From: Lentisphaerota bacterium
Lineage (GTDB): Bacteria; Verrucomicrobiota; Kiritimatiellia; UBA8416; JAUUYL01
Reading direction: 5' to 3'
DNA: 64,000 nucleotides
Assembly: GCA_030590485.1 (NCBI GenBank)
Contig: JAUUYL010000005.1
Coordinates: forward strand, 6,084 to 70,083
The notes under the pieces are model-generated. The model made no database searches, had not been told where the DNA came from, and worked only from the letters and a program-made list of their open reading frames with translations. Shown piece by piece: positions 28,454 to 37,361 of the stretch (positions are counted from its first letter, which is position 1; each line of letters opens with the position of its first letter). Both the position numbers and the translations under genes were made by a program.

Positions 28454-29482
28454 ATGAAATTGGTAAGAGAGACAATTTGCATAAATGTTATATTTTCGCT
28501 GTTTCTTCTGTCGATGACGGGGTGCCGGACTGCGGATCCGGATCTGGCGGAAACTGTCGTTGATATTGTCTGGCCGGCACCACCAGCTGAAATGAGAGTT
28601 AAGTATGTTAAAAGCTTCAAGAGTTCCAGCGATTTGGGATTCAAGACAGGCTGGTTTGTGAAGGTCCTGAATTTTGTTACTGGTTCCGAGAAGGGTCGCG
28701 AGCGGTTTATCAAGCCATTCGATCTGTGTTTTGATGAAAAGGGCAATATATGTGTAGCTGACACAGGGTCTATGTCTGTGCATTTCTTTGATTTTGAGAG
28801 AGGAAAGGCCTGGAACTGGAAGAGGATCGGAGGGGAAAGATTGGTACTGCCTGTCTCCGTAGCTAAGCGAGGGGATATATTCTACGTTGCTGATTCCGCA
28901 CTTGGTAAGGTTCTGGCGTTTGACAAGAAAGGGCGGGTGCAGTTTGAGATTGCAGAAAGGTTATCCCGCCCTGTGAGTCTGGATATTGCGGATAATAATC
29001 TTTTTATTGCTGATTCCAAGCTGCACAAAATCTTTATCTATGATCTTGAAGGAAAATATATATCTGAATTTGGGAAAAGAGGCGGCGGCAATGGTGAGTT
29101 TAATTATCCAACGCATATAGCGGTTGACTCTTCGGGAAGATGTTTTGTTACCGATTCTATGAATCAAAGGGTGCAGATAACAGATCAGAAGGGCGGTTTT
29201 ATAGCGGAAATCGGCAGTGCGGGCGACAGTAGCGGTCATTTCAGTAGACCAAAGGGTATTGCTCCAGATAATGATGGGCGTTTATATGTGGTAGACGCAA
29301 TTTTTGATAACATACAGATATTTGATGATGCAGGGCGTTTTCTTATGGTATTTGGTTCTGCCGGAACTGAGCCGGGAGAGTTCTGGATGCCGATCGATGT
29401 AGAATATACGTCGGATAGGCAAATATACGTGACAGACACTTATAATCGACGGATTCAGATTTTTGAGTATATAGGAAAGTGA
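28454..29482 (+). CDS. NHL-repeat beta-propeller protein, probable lipoprotein
   Basis: '...IFSLFLLSMTGC' at the N-terminus. Repeats include 'FNYPTHIAVDSSGRCFVTDSMNQRVQITD', 'FSRPKGIAPDNDGRLYVVDAIFDNIQIFD' and 'FWMPIDVEYTSDRQIYVTDTYNRRIQIFE'. The gene starts immediately after the preceding stop. Confidence 0.85.
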   Translation: MKLVRETICINVIFSLFLLSMTGCRTADPDLAETVVDIVWPAPPAEMRVKYVKSFKSSSDLGFKTGWFVKVLNFVTGSEKGRERFIKPFDLCFDEKGNICVADTGSMSVHFFDFERGKAWNWKRIGGERLVLPVSVAKRGDIFYVADSALGKVLAFDKKGRVQFEIAERLSRPVSLDIADNNLFIADSKLHKIFIYDLEGKYISEFGKRGGGNGEFNYPTHIAVDSSGRCFVTDSMNQRVQITDQKGGFIAEIGSAGDSSGHFSRPKGIAPDNDGRLYVVDAIFDNIQIFDDAGRFLMVFGSAGTEPGEFWMPIDVEYTSDRQIYVTDTYNRRIQIFEYIGK

Positions 29483-31221
29483 TGGACAGCATGGAAACAG
29501 GAAGAAACCTTAGTGTGATTCGACAGGTGATATTGTATGTCACCTTCGCTATTGTTTTTTCTGGGTGTAATGACGTTATTGCGGCAAGTATTGTGGGTTC
29601 CAAACATGACTTGTCGGTCAGGGGCCCCGGCCCTACAAAGTCACCCTTTGAGCGGCAGGTCTGTATTTTTTGTCATGCGGTCCATAACAGTAGTGCCGGT
29701 ACGCCCCTCTGGAACAGGTATAGTTCCGGTTCTGTTTACGAGACGTACAAAAGCACTACATTGAAAGCTAATGTGGGGCAGCCAACGGGGTCTTCTAAGA
29801 TGTGCTTGAGTTGTCATGACGGAACAATAGCTCTTGGAATGGTTCGGAGTCGGTCTGAGCCCATTCGCTTTGCCGGTGGTGTTGTTGCCATGCCGGCAGG
29901 TGCTGCTAATCTTGGTACTGATCTTGCGGATGATCATCCTATATCTTTCAGGTATAATCAGGAGCTGGCTGACAAGAATGGAGAGCTCCATAATCCGTCG
30001 GCACTGGGTGGACATGTTCGTCTCGAGGGTGGGCAAGTGCAGTGCACGACATGTCATAACGCGCATGATAATCAGTTTGGTGATTTTCTTGTTATGGATA
30101 ATTATGGCTCTGCATTATGTGTTCAATGTCACGACAAGAAGAACTGGAAAGATTCTTCTCATAAGTCGTCGAATGCGCAATGGAATGGTAAGGGTAAGTC
30201 TCCATGGCACAAGGTCAAGGATGGTACCGTTAAAGGACAGGGCTGTGAGAGTTGTCATCGTCCGCATACGGCAGGAGCCAAGCAGAGGCTTCTTGCATAC
30301 AAGAATGAAGAAGATAATTGTTTTTCCTGTCACAATGGGAATGTGGGAAGAAACAATATTGAGGCTGAGTTCGAGAAAAGCAGCAGGCATAATCTTGTGG
30401 GAACTTCTGGCGTGCATGATCCGACGGAAGATTATATCAACCCATCAGTCAGGCATGTAGAGTGTGTTGATTGTCATAATCCGCATGCGGTCAAGAATGT
30501 GCCTGCCGAAGCGCCCGAAGCGTCCGGTGCATTGTTTGCGGTTAAGGGCATAAATGCAGCTGGCGGAGAGGTTAGAGAAGTGAAATATGAGTATGAGCTA
30601 TGCTATCGATGCCATGGTGACAGTGCGGACAAGGGTGCGGCTAGAATAGAAAGGCAGTTCCCGCAGACAAATGTGCGGGTAGAATTTGATTCGGGGAATG
30701 CGTCGTTTCATCCGGTAACGGCCCCCGGCAGGAATTCGCGTGTACCTAGTCTGATGCAGCCGTATGATGAGTCGACAGTTCTCTATTGTACGGATTGTCA
30801 CAGTAACAATGAATCACGGAAAGACAAGGGTGATGGACCAAGCGGACCGCACGGTTCGATATATGAGCCGATATTACAGCGTCGTCTGGTTTGGACGGAT
30901 TTTTCATCTGAAAGTGCGGCGGCATATGCGTTATGCTACAAGTGTCATGAGCGGAACAGCATTCTTGCGAATGAGAGTTTCTCTCTGCATAGTAAACATG
31001 TGGCAGACGAAAAGACGGCCTGTACGACATGTCATGATTCTCATGCATCAGAGAATAACACGCACTTGATTAATTTTAATATCCGTTACGTATCTAAAAA
31101 CAGTAGTGGGGATTTGAGCTGGAGGGATAATGGAGATTTGTCGGGAACTTGTAATTTAAGCTGTCATGGCAAGGATCACAAAGACTCAAGATATCCTGTA
31201 GTAAAAGTAATAATACCATAA
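29479..31221 (+). CDS. Dodecahaem-class c-type cytochrome, probable lipoprotein
   Basis: '...VTFAIVFSGC' precedes 11 CXXCH motifs plus one C-terminal CX3CH ('CNLSCH'). The start overlaps the preceding stop (GTG 29479 or ATG 29482). Confidence 0.9.
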   Translation: MMDSMETGRNLSVIRQVILYVTFAIVFSGCNDVIAASIVGSKHDLSVRGPGPTKSPFERQVCIFCHAVHNSSAGTPLWNRYSSGSVYETYKSTTLKANVGQPTGSSKMCLSCHDGTIALGMVRSRSEPIRFAGGVVAMPAGAANLGTDLADDHPISFRYNQELADKNGELHNPSALGGHVRLEGGQVQCTTCHNAHDNQFGDFLVMDNYGSALCVQCHDKKNWKDSSHKSSNAQWNGKGKSPWHKVKDGTVKGQGCESCHRPHTAGAKQRLLAYKNEEDNCFSCHNGNVGRNNIEAEFEKSSRHNLVGTSGVHDPTEDYINPSVRHVECVDCHNPHAVKNVPAEAPEASGALFAVKGINAAGGEVREVKYEYELCYRCHGDSADKGAARIERQFPQTNVRVEFDSGNASFHPVTAPGRNSRVPSLMQPYDESTVLYCTDCHSNNESRKDKGDGPSGPHGSIYEPILQRRLVWTDFSSESAAAYALCYKCHERNSILANESFSLHSKHVADEKTACTTCHDSHASENNTHLINFNIRYVSKNSSGDLSWRDNGDLSGTCNLSCHGKDHKDSRYPVVKVIIP

Positions 31222-31228
31222 AGAGGAA

Positions 31229-31756
31229 ATGATGACTGAGCAAAAGATAAATGAAATACAAAAGAAGTATAAGAAAGAATTTGTGGCGAATACCGTTGGC
31301 TTTATAGTGTTTGGCCTTCTGGTTCTAGGCATTATGCTTGGCTGTAAAACATGTTCAGAAACCGCCGATACGGATTCGGCAAGAAAGCCACTCAATATGA
31401 ATGTGTGTCCGGCAGGCGGAAGTGACGGTGATGCCGAGAGCGATGCTCAGGATAAGCCTGAATTGCCAGCGGGCCATCCGGACATGACGCCGAAGAAGCC
31501 GCAATCAATGGATAATATACCGCACATTAAAGGGAAAGTCGTGGAGACGATGAATTCCGGACGTTACACATACGTTCTTGTTGAGGGTGATGGTAAAAAG
31601 ACATGGGCGGCTGCACCAGAATTCAAGGTGAAAGTAGGCGATCAGGCTGTGTTCCCTCTTGGAATGCCGATGAAGAACTTCAAGAGTAGAACGCTTGACC
31701 GTACTTTCGAGATTATATATTTCTCTGGTGACATTTTAATTGTTCCAGCCAGATAA
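31229..31756 (+). CDS. Membrane-anchored protein with an acidic linker and a conserved-looking C-terminal beta domain; unknown function
   Basis: SD AAGAGGA lies upstream. One hydrophobic helix ('FIVFGLLVLGIMLGC'). The C-terminus 'GRYTYVLVEGDGKKTWAAAP...' is not assigned to any family. Confidence 0.6.
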   Translation: MMTEQKINEIQKKYKKEFVANTVGFIVFGLLVLGIMLGCKTCSETADTDSARKPLNMNVCPAGGSDGDAESDAQDKPELPAGHPDMTPKKPQSMDNIPHIKGKVVETMNSGRYTYVLVEGDGKKTWAAAPEFKVKVGDQAVFPLGMPMKNFKSRTLDRTFEIIYFSGDILIVPAR

Positions 31757-31759
31757 TTG

Positions 31760-31933
31760 ATGACAACACTATTCTCAGGAACAGATCTTCACGAAGAGTA
31801 TAAGCCGTATTTACGGGAGGGGTTGAGATGGGATATGCATGATGGGAATCATGCGGTGTTTGAACATGAACAATATCCTCAAGGCCGTGCGTTCAAAGAA
31901 TATGCGAGAGGCAGGGAAGGCAATAAGATATGA
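31760..31933 (+). CDS. Candidate small ORF (57 aa), below the ORF-track size cut-off
   Basis: The ATG lies 3 nt after the upstream stop, and the stop overlaps the next start (ATGA at 31930-31933). Translation: MTTLFSGTDLHEEYKPYLREGLRWDMHDGNHAVFEHEQYPQGRAFKEYARGREGNKI. Support comes only from this operonic packing. Confidence 0.35.
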   Translation: MTTLFSGTDLHEEYKPYLREGLRWDMHDGNHAVFEHEQYPQGRAFKEYARGREGNKI

Positions 31934-32313
31934 ATGAAGTGGCTGCGGTCTTATTGATGATGAACAATTATTTTCACGATGTGGCGACTGCATTGCTGAT
32001 GGGCAGTGGGTTTGCCATGTGGGTGATGTATAAGAGGTTTGTTAAAGAAGGCAGTGGCGACATTTCTTCTGTTCGTACGATGTATGTGGGCATGAGTAGG
32101 CTGGCTGTATTTGCACTGGCCTGGATAATTATAGGCGGTATACCGAGAACCATTTACTACGGTGAGTTCGAATGGGCGGCCGCAGCGGGCAGGGGGCAGG
32201 TCAAAGCCTTGATAGTGAAGCATATTCTCATGTTTGTATTTCTGGGGTGGGGTGGTTGTTTATGGTTCAGGCTAAAGAAGGCCATTGGAGAGTCAGTTAT
32301 TCATGATAAATAA
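31930..32313 (+). CDS. Small integral membrane protein (3-4 helices), unknown function
   Basis: 127 aa with hydrophobic helices. It is translationally coupled on both sides. Confidence 0.6.
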   Translation: MNEVAAVLLMMNNYFHDVATALLMGSGFAMWVMYKRFVKEGSGDISSVRTMYVGMSRLAVFALAWIIIGGIPRTIYYGEFEWAAAAGRGQVKALIVKHILMFVFLGWGGCLWFRLKKAIGESVIHDK

Positions 32314-33763
32314 AAAGATACTTTTCATTACACCGCCGTATCATTGCGGAGTTGTCGAGGTGGCGGGTCGCTGGATCCCATTAACGTTCGTGTATCTTGC
32401 TGGTGCTGTACGGCGCGGTGGGTTTGAACCGGTCATTTATGATGCCATGACCAAGCGGCACGGCTTTGATGAGATAAGAAAGAGAATCGAGGATGAATCG
32501 CCCGCGGTTGTTGTTCTTACTGCCATTACCTCCACATATCTCGATGCGCTTGAGGTGTTGAAGGTGGCGAAGGAAGTCAACAGTGATATCGTCACAATTA
32601 TCGGCGGGGTGCATCCCTCTTTTATGTATGAAGAGGTTCTTGAGAATGACTGCGTGGATTATGTTGGCAGAGAAGAAGGCGAGGAAACTCTTCTTGAGCT
32701 TCTGGTCTGCCTGGAAGCAGGGGGTGATCTTGCAGAGGTAAAGGGTGTGGCGTTTCGGAAGGCTGGGGAGGTCTGCGCGACGAAGCTAAGGCCATTTGTA
32801 GAGAATCTTGACGAATTGGACACAGCATGGGATCTGCTGGAGTGGGATGAGTACACTTATTTTGTCGTTCCGGATAGCCGGCTTGGTTCAATCAGTACTT
32901 CGCGAGGCTGTGATCATGACTGTACGTTTTGCTCTCAGCAGAAATTCTGGCATCAGCAATGGCGGGCGAGGAGCCCCGAAAATGTTATTGGTGAGATTGA
33001 GCACTTGAACAGTGAGTATGGTGTGAATGTTTTTCTTATCGCCGATGAGTACCCGACTCAGGATGCTGCGAGATGGGAAGCTATTCTCGATCTGATTATC
33101 GAAAAGGACATGGGTATATATCTTCTGATGGAAACGCGGCCTGAGGACATTGTCCGTGATAAGAATATATTATCAAAGTACAAAAAAGCTGGCGTCATTC
33201 ATATATATATTGGTGTTGAGGCTACCGATCAGGAGACATTGGATTTAATCAAAAAAGACGCGTCGGTGCAGACTGGAATTGAAGCAATCCAATTGATCAG
33301 GGAATATGGGATGATGACCGAGACTAGTTTTATACTGGGGTTTCCGCACGAGACCAAAGAGACAATTGCCAGAACGCTGGAATTGTCCAAGGTCTACAAT
33401 CCTGACTTTGCGCATTATCTCGCATTGGCACCATGGCCTTACGCTGATATGTATGCTGACCTCGAACCGTATGTCGTTGATAAGGATTACAGAAAGTACA
33501 ACCTTATTGATCCTGTGATAAAGCCGGAGAATATGAGTTGCAAGGAAATCGACTGGGCTATAATCAATTGTTACCGCAGTTTTTATATGGGTAAGCTGAA
33601 AGAGGTCTTGGGCATGAAGGATCCTTTTATGAAGAAATATATGCTTCATTCGATGAAGCTGATCATGAACAGCTCGTTCATCGTGGATAAGATGGGGTCG
33701 CTAGGTGATATCCCGCCTCATGTGAAAGAGGCGCTGTCAAAGATTGGCTCCGGAGGTCGATGA
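32303..33763 (+). CDS. B12-binding-domain radical SAM enzyme (class B)
   Basis: The N-terminus is a Rossmann-like B12 domain ('KILFITPPY...VVVLTAITS...IIGGVHPS'). The radical SAM cluster motif is 'RGCDHDCTFCSQ' (CX3CX2C). The substrate is unknown. Confidence 0.85.
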   Translation: MINKKILFITPPYHCGVVEVAGRWIPLTFVYLAGAVRRGGFEPVIYDAMTKRHGFDEIRKRIEDESPAVVVLTAITSTYLDALEVLKVAKEVNSDIVTIIGGVHPSFMYEEVLENDCVDYVGREEGEETLLELLVCLEAGGDLAEVKGVAFRKAGEVCATKLRPFVENLDELDTAWDLLEWDEYTYFVVPDSRLGSISTSRGCDHDCTFCSQQKFWHQQWRARSPENVIGEIEHLNSEYGVNVFLIADEYPTQDAARWEAILDLIIEKDMGIYLLMETRPEDIVRDKNILSKYKKAGVIHIYIGVEATDQETLDLIKKDASVQTGIEAIQLIREYGMMTETSFILGFPHETKETIARTLELSKVYNPDFAHYLALAPWPYADMYADLEPYVVDKDYRKYNLIDPVIKPENMSCKEIDWAIINCYRSFYMGKLKEVLGMKDPFMKKYMLHSMKLIMNSSFIVDKMGSLGDIPPHVKEALSKIGSGGR

Positions 33764-34576
33764 TTACGGGCCGGGATGGATGGTGGGTGCAAACCAGCTG
33801 ATGCCCCAGTAGGATATGGTGAGAATCACTAACCCAAACGCCGCGATCCATGCGGTACGTGTCATCTTCCATCCTCGAAAGCGTCTGACATGAAGATAAA
33901 AAACATAGAGAAGATAAGAGAGCAGACTCCATGCTTCCAGTGGTGCCCAGCTCCAGTAGTGTCCCCATGCTCTCTTCGCCCAGATTGCGCCTGAGGCAAT
34001 CATGATGGTTTGGTTTACAACGCCGAGAACAATCAGTCGATAGCTGGTAAGATCAAGTTTCTCGGCAGATGGCAATCGGTTGGGAAACTTCCTGTCAACA
34101 TTCTTATGGAGGAGCAGCAATATCCCGGCTGCCGCGGCAAGGGCGTAATTGCCAAATGCAATCCAAGCAAAGGTTACATGTACAACCATCCAAGGGGTGG
34201 CATACAGCGATCCCATATCAGACGACGGAGCCTGGGACGCGTAGGCGTTCCCGAGCAACAGAAAGGTGATTGGGGTCACAAGAAGGGATAAAACGCGCGG
34301 CACCATACCTGTTGCCTGGAGCAGTAGGAAGAGTAATACTGTGCACCAGACCGCAGAAAGCTGGAGCTCGTAGGGGTCTACCACAGGCGGGTGTCCGGCT
34401 TGGATCCAGCGGAGACCCAGAAGAGCCGTGTTCGCCGCTAATCCAGACCACAACAAGATGATGGCTTTGCGGATACCTGCTTCAGACTCATGCCCAAATG
34501 CCCGCAGGTGCAACAAGAATGATCCCATATAGAGAAAGACGGTTGTCCAGAAAACGATTATTTCAGCCTGCGCCAT
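33764..34576 (-). CDS. ccsA: CcsA/ResC-family cytochrome c synthase subunit (copy 2, variant WWD motif)
   Basis: ATG 34576 is preceded by AAGGAGG. The WWD-like motif is 'WGHYWSWAPLEAWSLLSY', with Ala-Pro-Leu where copy 1 has Asp-Pro-Lys. Confidence 0.8.
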   Translation of the reverse strand: MAQAEIIVFWTTVFLYMGSFLLHLRAFGHESEAGIRKAIILLWSGLAANTALLGLRWIQAGHPPVVDPYELQLSAVWCTVLLFLLLQATGMVPRVLSLLVTPITFLLLGNAYASQAPSSDMGSLYATPWMVVHVTFAWIAFGNYALAAAAGILLLLHKNVDRKFPNRLPSAEKLDLTSYRLIVLGVVNQTIMIASGAIWAKRAWGHYWSWAPLEAWSLLSYLLYVFYLHVRRFRGWKMTRTAWIAAFGLVILTISYWGISWFAPTIHPGP

Positions 34577-35750
34577 TCTGCCTTGCCTCCTTGATCCAAT
34601 CAACTACCTCGGGTGAATAGCGCAACATGAGCGCGATGATCGCCATCCAGAACGAGACGCATACTATCGGGTAGCCTGGGTCCTCCACAACCAAAAAGCT
34701 TGCCCATCGACGAAGTTCACGAAATTGAATGTCTAGCTCCTCGATCTCGATACGCTTTCCGAGCTCGATAAGCTGTTTTTGGGTCTCGGTACCGTCAGGT
34801 GATTCCAGGTGAGCCAAAAGCGCCGGGTTCTTTAACGCCTCAGATGTCTTTACGGGAATACCATTACTGATGGAATGCGATGGGAAAAGGCTAAGTATGA
34901 GGCGTCGCTCGCTATGGGGGAGGGTGAGAAAATCCCGATGCTCCCGCTCTTTATTAACACCCCATACTTTCAGGGCAATAAAACAGTTAAACGGCGGGGT
35001 TTGTGCATCTTTGGGTGTGATCAGAATTTCAGGAGAAAACCCGATTTCCTGCAACGTGAAAGTAATTCCCTTAAATCGAAAAGGCAGGTTGAATTCTATC
35101 TCAGCGGTACGGGTCTCCGTTTTGTCTGCACTTAGACGAATGGAGGCGCTCTTTTGTCCCGCCCACCAATCCGCTGGCGCGTCAAATTGTGCATCAAGCA
35201 GATGAACTCTAAATCTATCATGCTGCTGTTTTCGTAAAGGCCCTTCAATTCGTTCTGAATAGTTCTGACGATGATCCTGAAGTGTTTGTCCTTCTGTCAG
35301 TATGAGCTGCCCACTCGTACGAAATGCGGCACTGCAAAATCCTCCTGCCATGCAAACCAAAATACTGATGTGGAGGGTCGCAAATCCAAGTCGGCGCAAC
35401 CGGTTCGAGGCGGCGCTGCCGGAAAACAGTTCGTCCCTAGCGATGTTATGAATCATGCAAGCCAGTGTATTTAGGAATAGTACGGCTAGAGAAATCAGAA
35501 ACCATGCGGACTGAAACGTTGCGAACAGGCCAAGCTTTGAAAGAACAGGAGTGGCTCTTGGATGTTCATGCTTCCACTCAAGGATGCCGCTTTCTTCAAG
35601 CATGCCCTGTTGCGGGACGAGCGCGCCTGTAAGGGTCAGAAGAATAAGGATGCCAATAACGATCAGAGTGATGTTTGTTGAGGCAAGAAAGCCAGTCCAT
35701 GAGGATCTGCTTCGATTCTTTGGGTTTTGATCTCCGTCCTGCATGATCAC
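34563..35750 (-). CDS. ccsB: ResB/CcsB-family cytochrome c biogenesis protein (copy 2)
   Basis: N-terminus 'FLASTNITLIVIGILILLTLTGALVPQQG'. It has a central periplasmic region and a C-terminal TM helix. Confidence 0.75.
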   Translation of the reverse strand: MIMQDGDQNPKNRSRSSWTGFLASTNITLIVIGILILLTLTGALVPQQGMLEESGILEWKHEHPRATPVLSKLGLFATFQSAWFLISLAVLFLNTLACMIHNIARDELFSGSAASNRLRRLGFATLHISILVCMAGGFCSAAFRTSGQLILTEGQTLQDHRQNYSERIEGPLRKQQHDRFRVHLLDAQFDAPADWWAGQKSASIRLSADKTETRTAEIEFNLPFRFKGITFTLQEIGFSPEILITPKDAQTPPFNCFIALKVWGVNKEREHRDFLTLPHSERRLILSLFPSHSISNGIPVKTSEALKNPALLAHLESPDGTETQKQLIELGKRIEIEELDIQFRELRRWASFLVVEDPGYPIVCVSFWMAIIALMLRYSPEVVDWIKEARQNGAG

Positions 35751-35780
35751 TTTATACCAAAAACTCTATGCTCAAAGCAA

Positions 35781-37361
35781 TCAGGGCGTGTAACTCCGCG
35801 AGGCATGTTGGCAATTTCCATCTGGATAGCAGTTTCCTGCCGTATCCCAGCCTTCCAGCCAGCCACCATTGATAAAATGCTTTGTGGTCGTTCCTGCGCC
35901 ATCTTTTCCGGTGCCGGCGGGCCATTGATAATTTCCTCCATGGATATCGAGGGCTGCGCTATTCAGAGTAATAGAAGTAATGCGATCAGCGTTTTCATCC
36001 GGTTCTTCTTGTCCGGAATGGCAGCCTCTGCATGAAAAAGGCCCGTGAACATCCGGCACCTGTTTCGATCCGTAGTCTTCCTCCCAAAGAGGATCAACGT
36101 GCGCACTGTTGTCAGAATGGGGGGATGTGCCCGACTCATCGTGGCATGTCCGACAAAATACAGCAATATTAGCACCGTCGGTTGGTCCCGATATATTAAC
36201 TCTCAGCATATTGTTATTGGCCGATCCGTGGGCATTGATACCATGGCAATCAAAACACGAGATTACATTATGCTCATTAGCGCCTTGGTTCCAGGGCGCT
36301 TGCATGTTTGAGCTGTCACACTTTGCATTACTGCCAGGTCCCTTTACTGGATGGAAATAGGCATTTCCCGTCGAGAGCGCGGTGTCGATATCGGCAACTG
36401 GATTCCCTGTACTGAACGGTGTAGTGCCGCCACCGCCGGGCCGGGCTTCGCCATCGCTATCATGGCATTTGAGGCAGAAGTTGGTTTGTAGCAGAAGGAT
36501 ATCTGCTTCCAGATTCTTGTTGGCAGTATTACGTATGAAGGGCTGTGCTATACTGATAACACTATTGTCATCCGGATTACGAAGATCAGTTGTGGTGTTG
36601 CCATGGTAAGCGTTTCCAAATTCTTCATGGTGACAGACCATGCAGTCGTTCGTGGTTACGGAGCCGCCAGGGATGTGTCCCGCCACCAAACCGAAGTCTG
36701 GCATCACTGCCCGATGACCACCTTGTATTGTAGCATGGCATGCCGTACAGTCTGTTCCGCCGTTGCCAGCAAAGTTGCCATCGTGTGCGTGGCATGAGGC
36801 GCAGTCGCTTCCGGCAGCAGCGTGGGTCGTATCCGCAGCGCCGAATGCATTGTTCCGATATTGGTCTGTATTCGTATGACAGACCTGACACACTCCGTTG
36901 TAAGGTGCGGTTCCAAAGGAGTAGTCCAATGTATCGTGGAAAACGCCATTTCCTATGGCTTGCGGCATATAGTTGGTTTCAACGCGAAAGTAGAACAGAT
37001 TGGTTCCGGTGACACTAGCATGGGCGTCCCAGGTAATCATTGACGCTAGGTCTCCCCCTCCATGCACTTCGTGGCAGGTGCCGCAATCGGCCAGAACATT
37101 ACTGTTGGAATCAAGGTGAAGAGCTACATCGCATTTGTTGGATGCCACGCCGGTCGGATTGTGGCATTGGCCGCAGGTTGTTGACTGCTGTTCCGCATCC
37201 CGAGAAATTAAGAGTCCAGAGTGTCCCGCTCCGTGGCAGGTTAGGCAGTCAATACTATATTTCGCATTGTGCCCCACCAATGTTTGGCCGATGAGTGCTG
37301 TGCAAGCGGCTGTTACGCAGCAGATCAGCATATACAAAGTTATGCTTCTGGTTGGCATCAC
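35781..37361 (-). CDS. Undecahaem c-type cytochrome, secreted
   Basis: Hydrophobic N-terminus and 11 CXXCH motifs (CLTCH, CGQCH, CGTCH, CQVCH, CASCH, CTACH, CMVCH, CLKCH, CFDCH, CRTCH, CRGCH). There is a 4-nt overlap with the upstream gene. Confidence 0.9.
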   Translation of the reverse strand: MMPTRSITLYMLICCVTAACTALIGQTLVGHNAKYSIDCLTCHGAGHSGLLISRDAEQQSTTCGQCHNPTGVASNKCDVALHLDSNSNVLADCGTCHEVHGGGDLASMITWDAHASVTGTNLFYFRVETNYMPQAIGNGVFHDTLDYSFGTAPYNGVCQVCHTNTDQYRNNAFGAADTTHAAAGSDCASCHAHDGNFAGNGGTDCTACHATIQGGHRAVMPDFGLVAGHIPGGSVTTNDCMVCHHEEFGNAYHGNTTTDLRNPDDNSVISIAQPFIRNTANKNLEADILLLQTNFCLKCHDSDGEARPGGGGTTPFSTGNPVADIDTALSTGNAYFHPVKGPGSNAKCDSSNMQAPWNQGANEHNVISCFDCHGINAHGSANNNMLRVNISGPTDGANIAVFCRTCHDESGTSPHSDNSAHVDPLWEEDYGSKQVPDVHGPFSCRGCHSGQEEPDENADRITSITLNSAALDIHGGNYQWPAGTGKDGAGTTTKHFINGGWLEGWDTAGNCYPDGNCQHASRSYTP

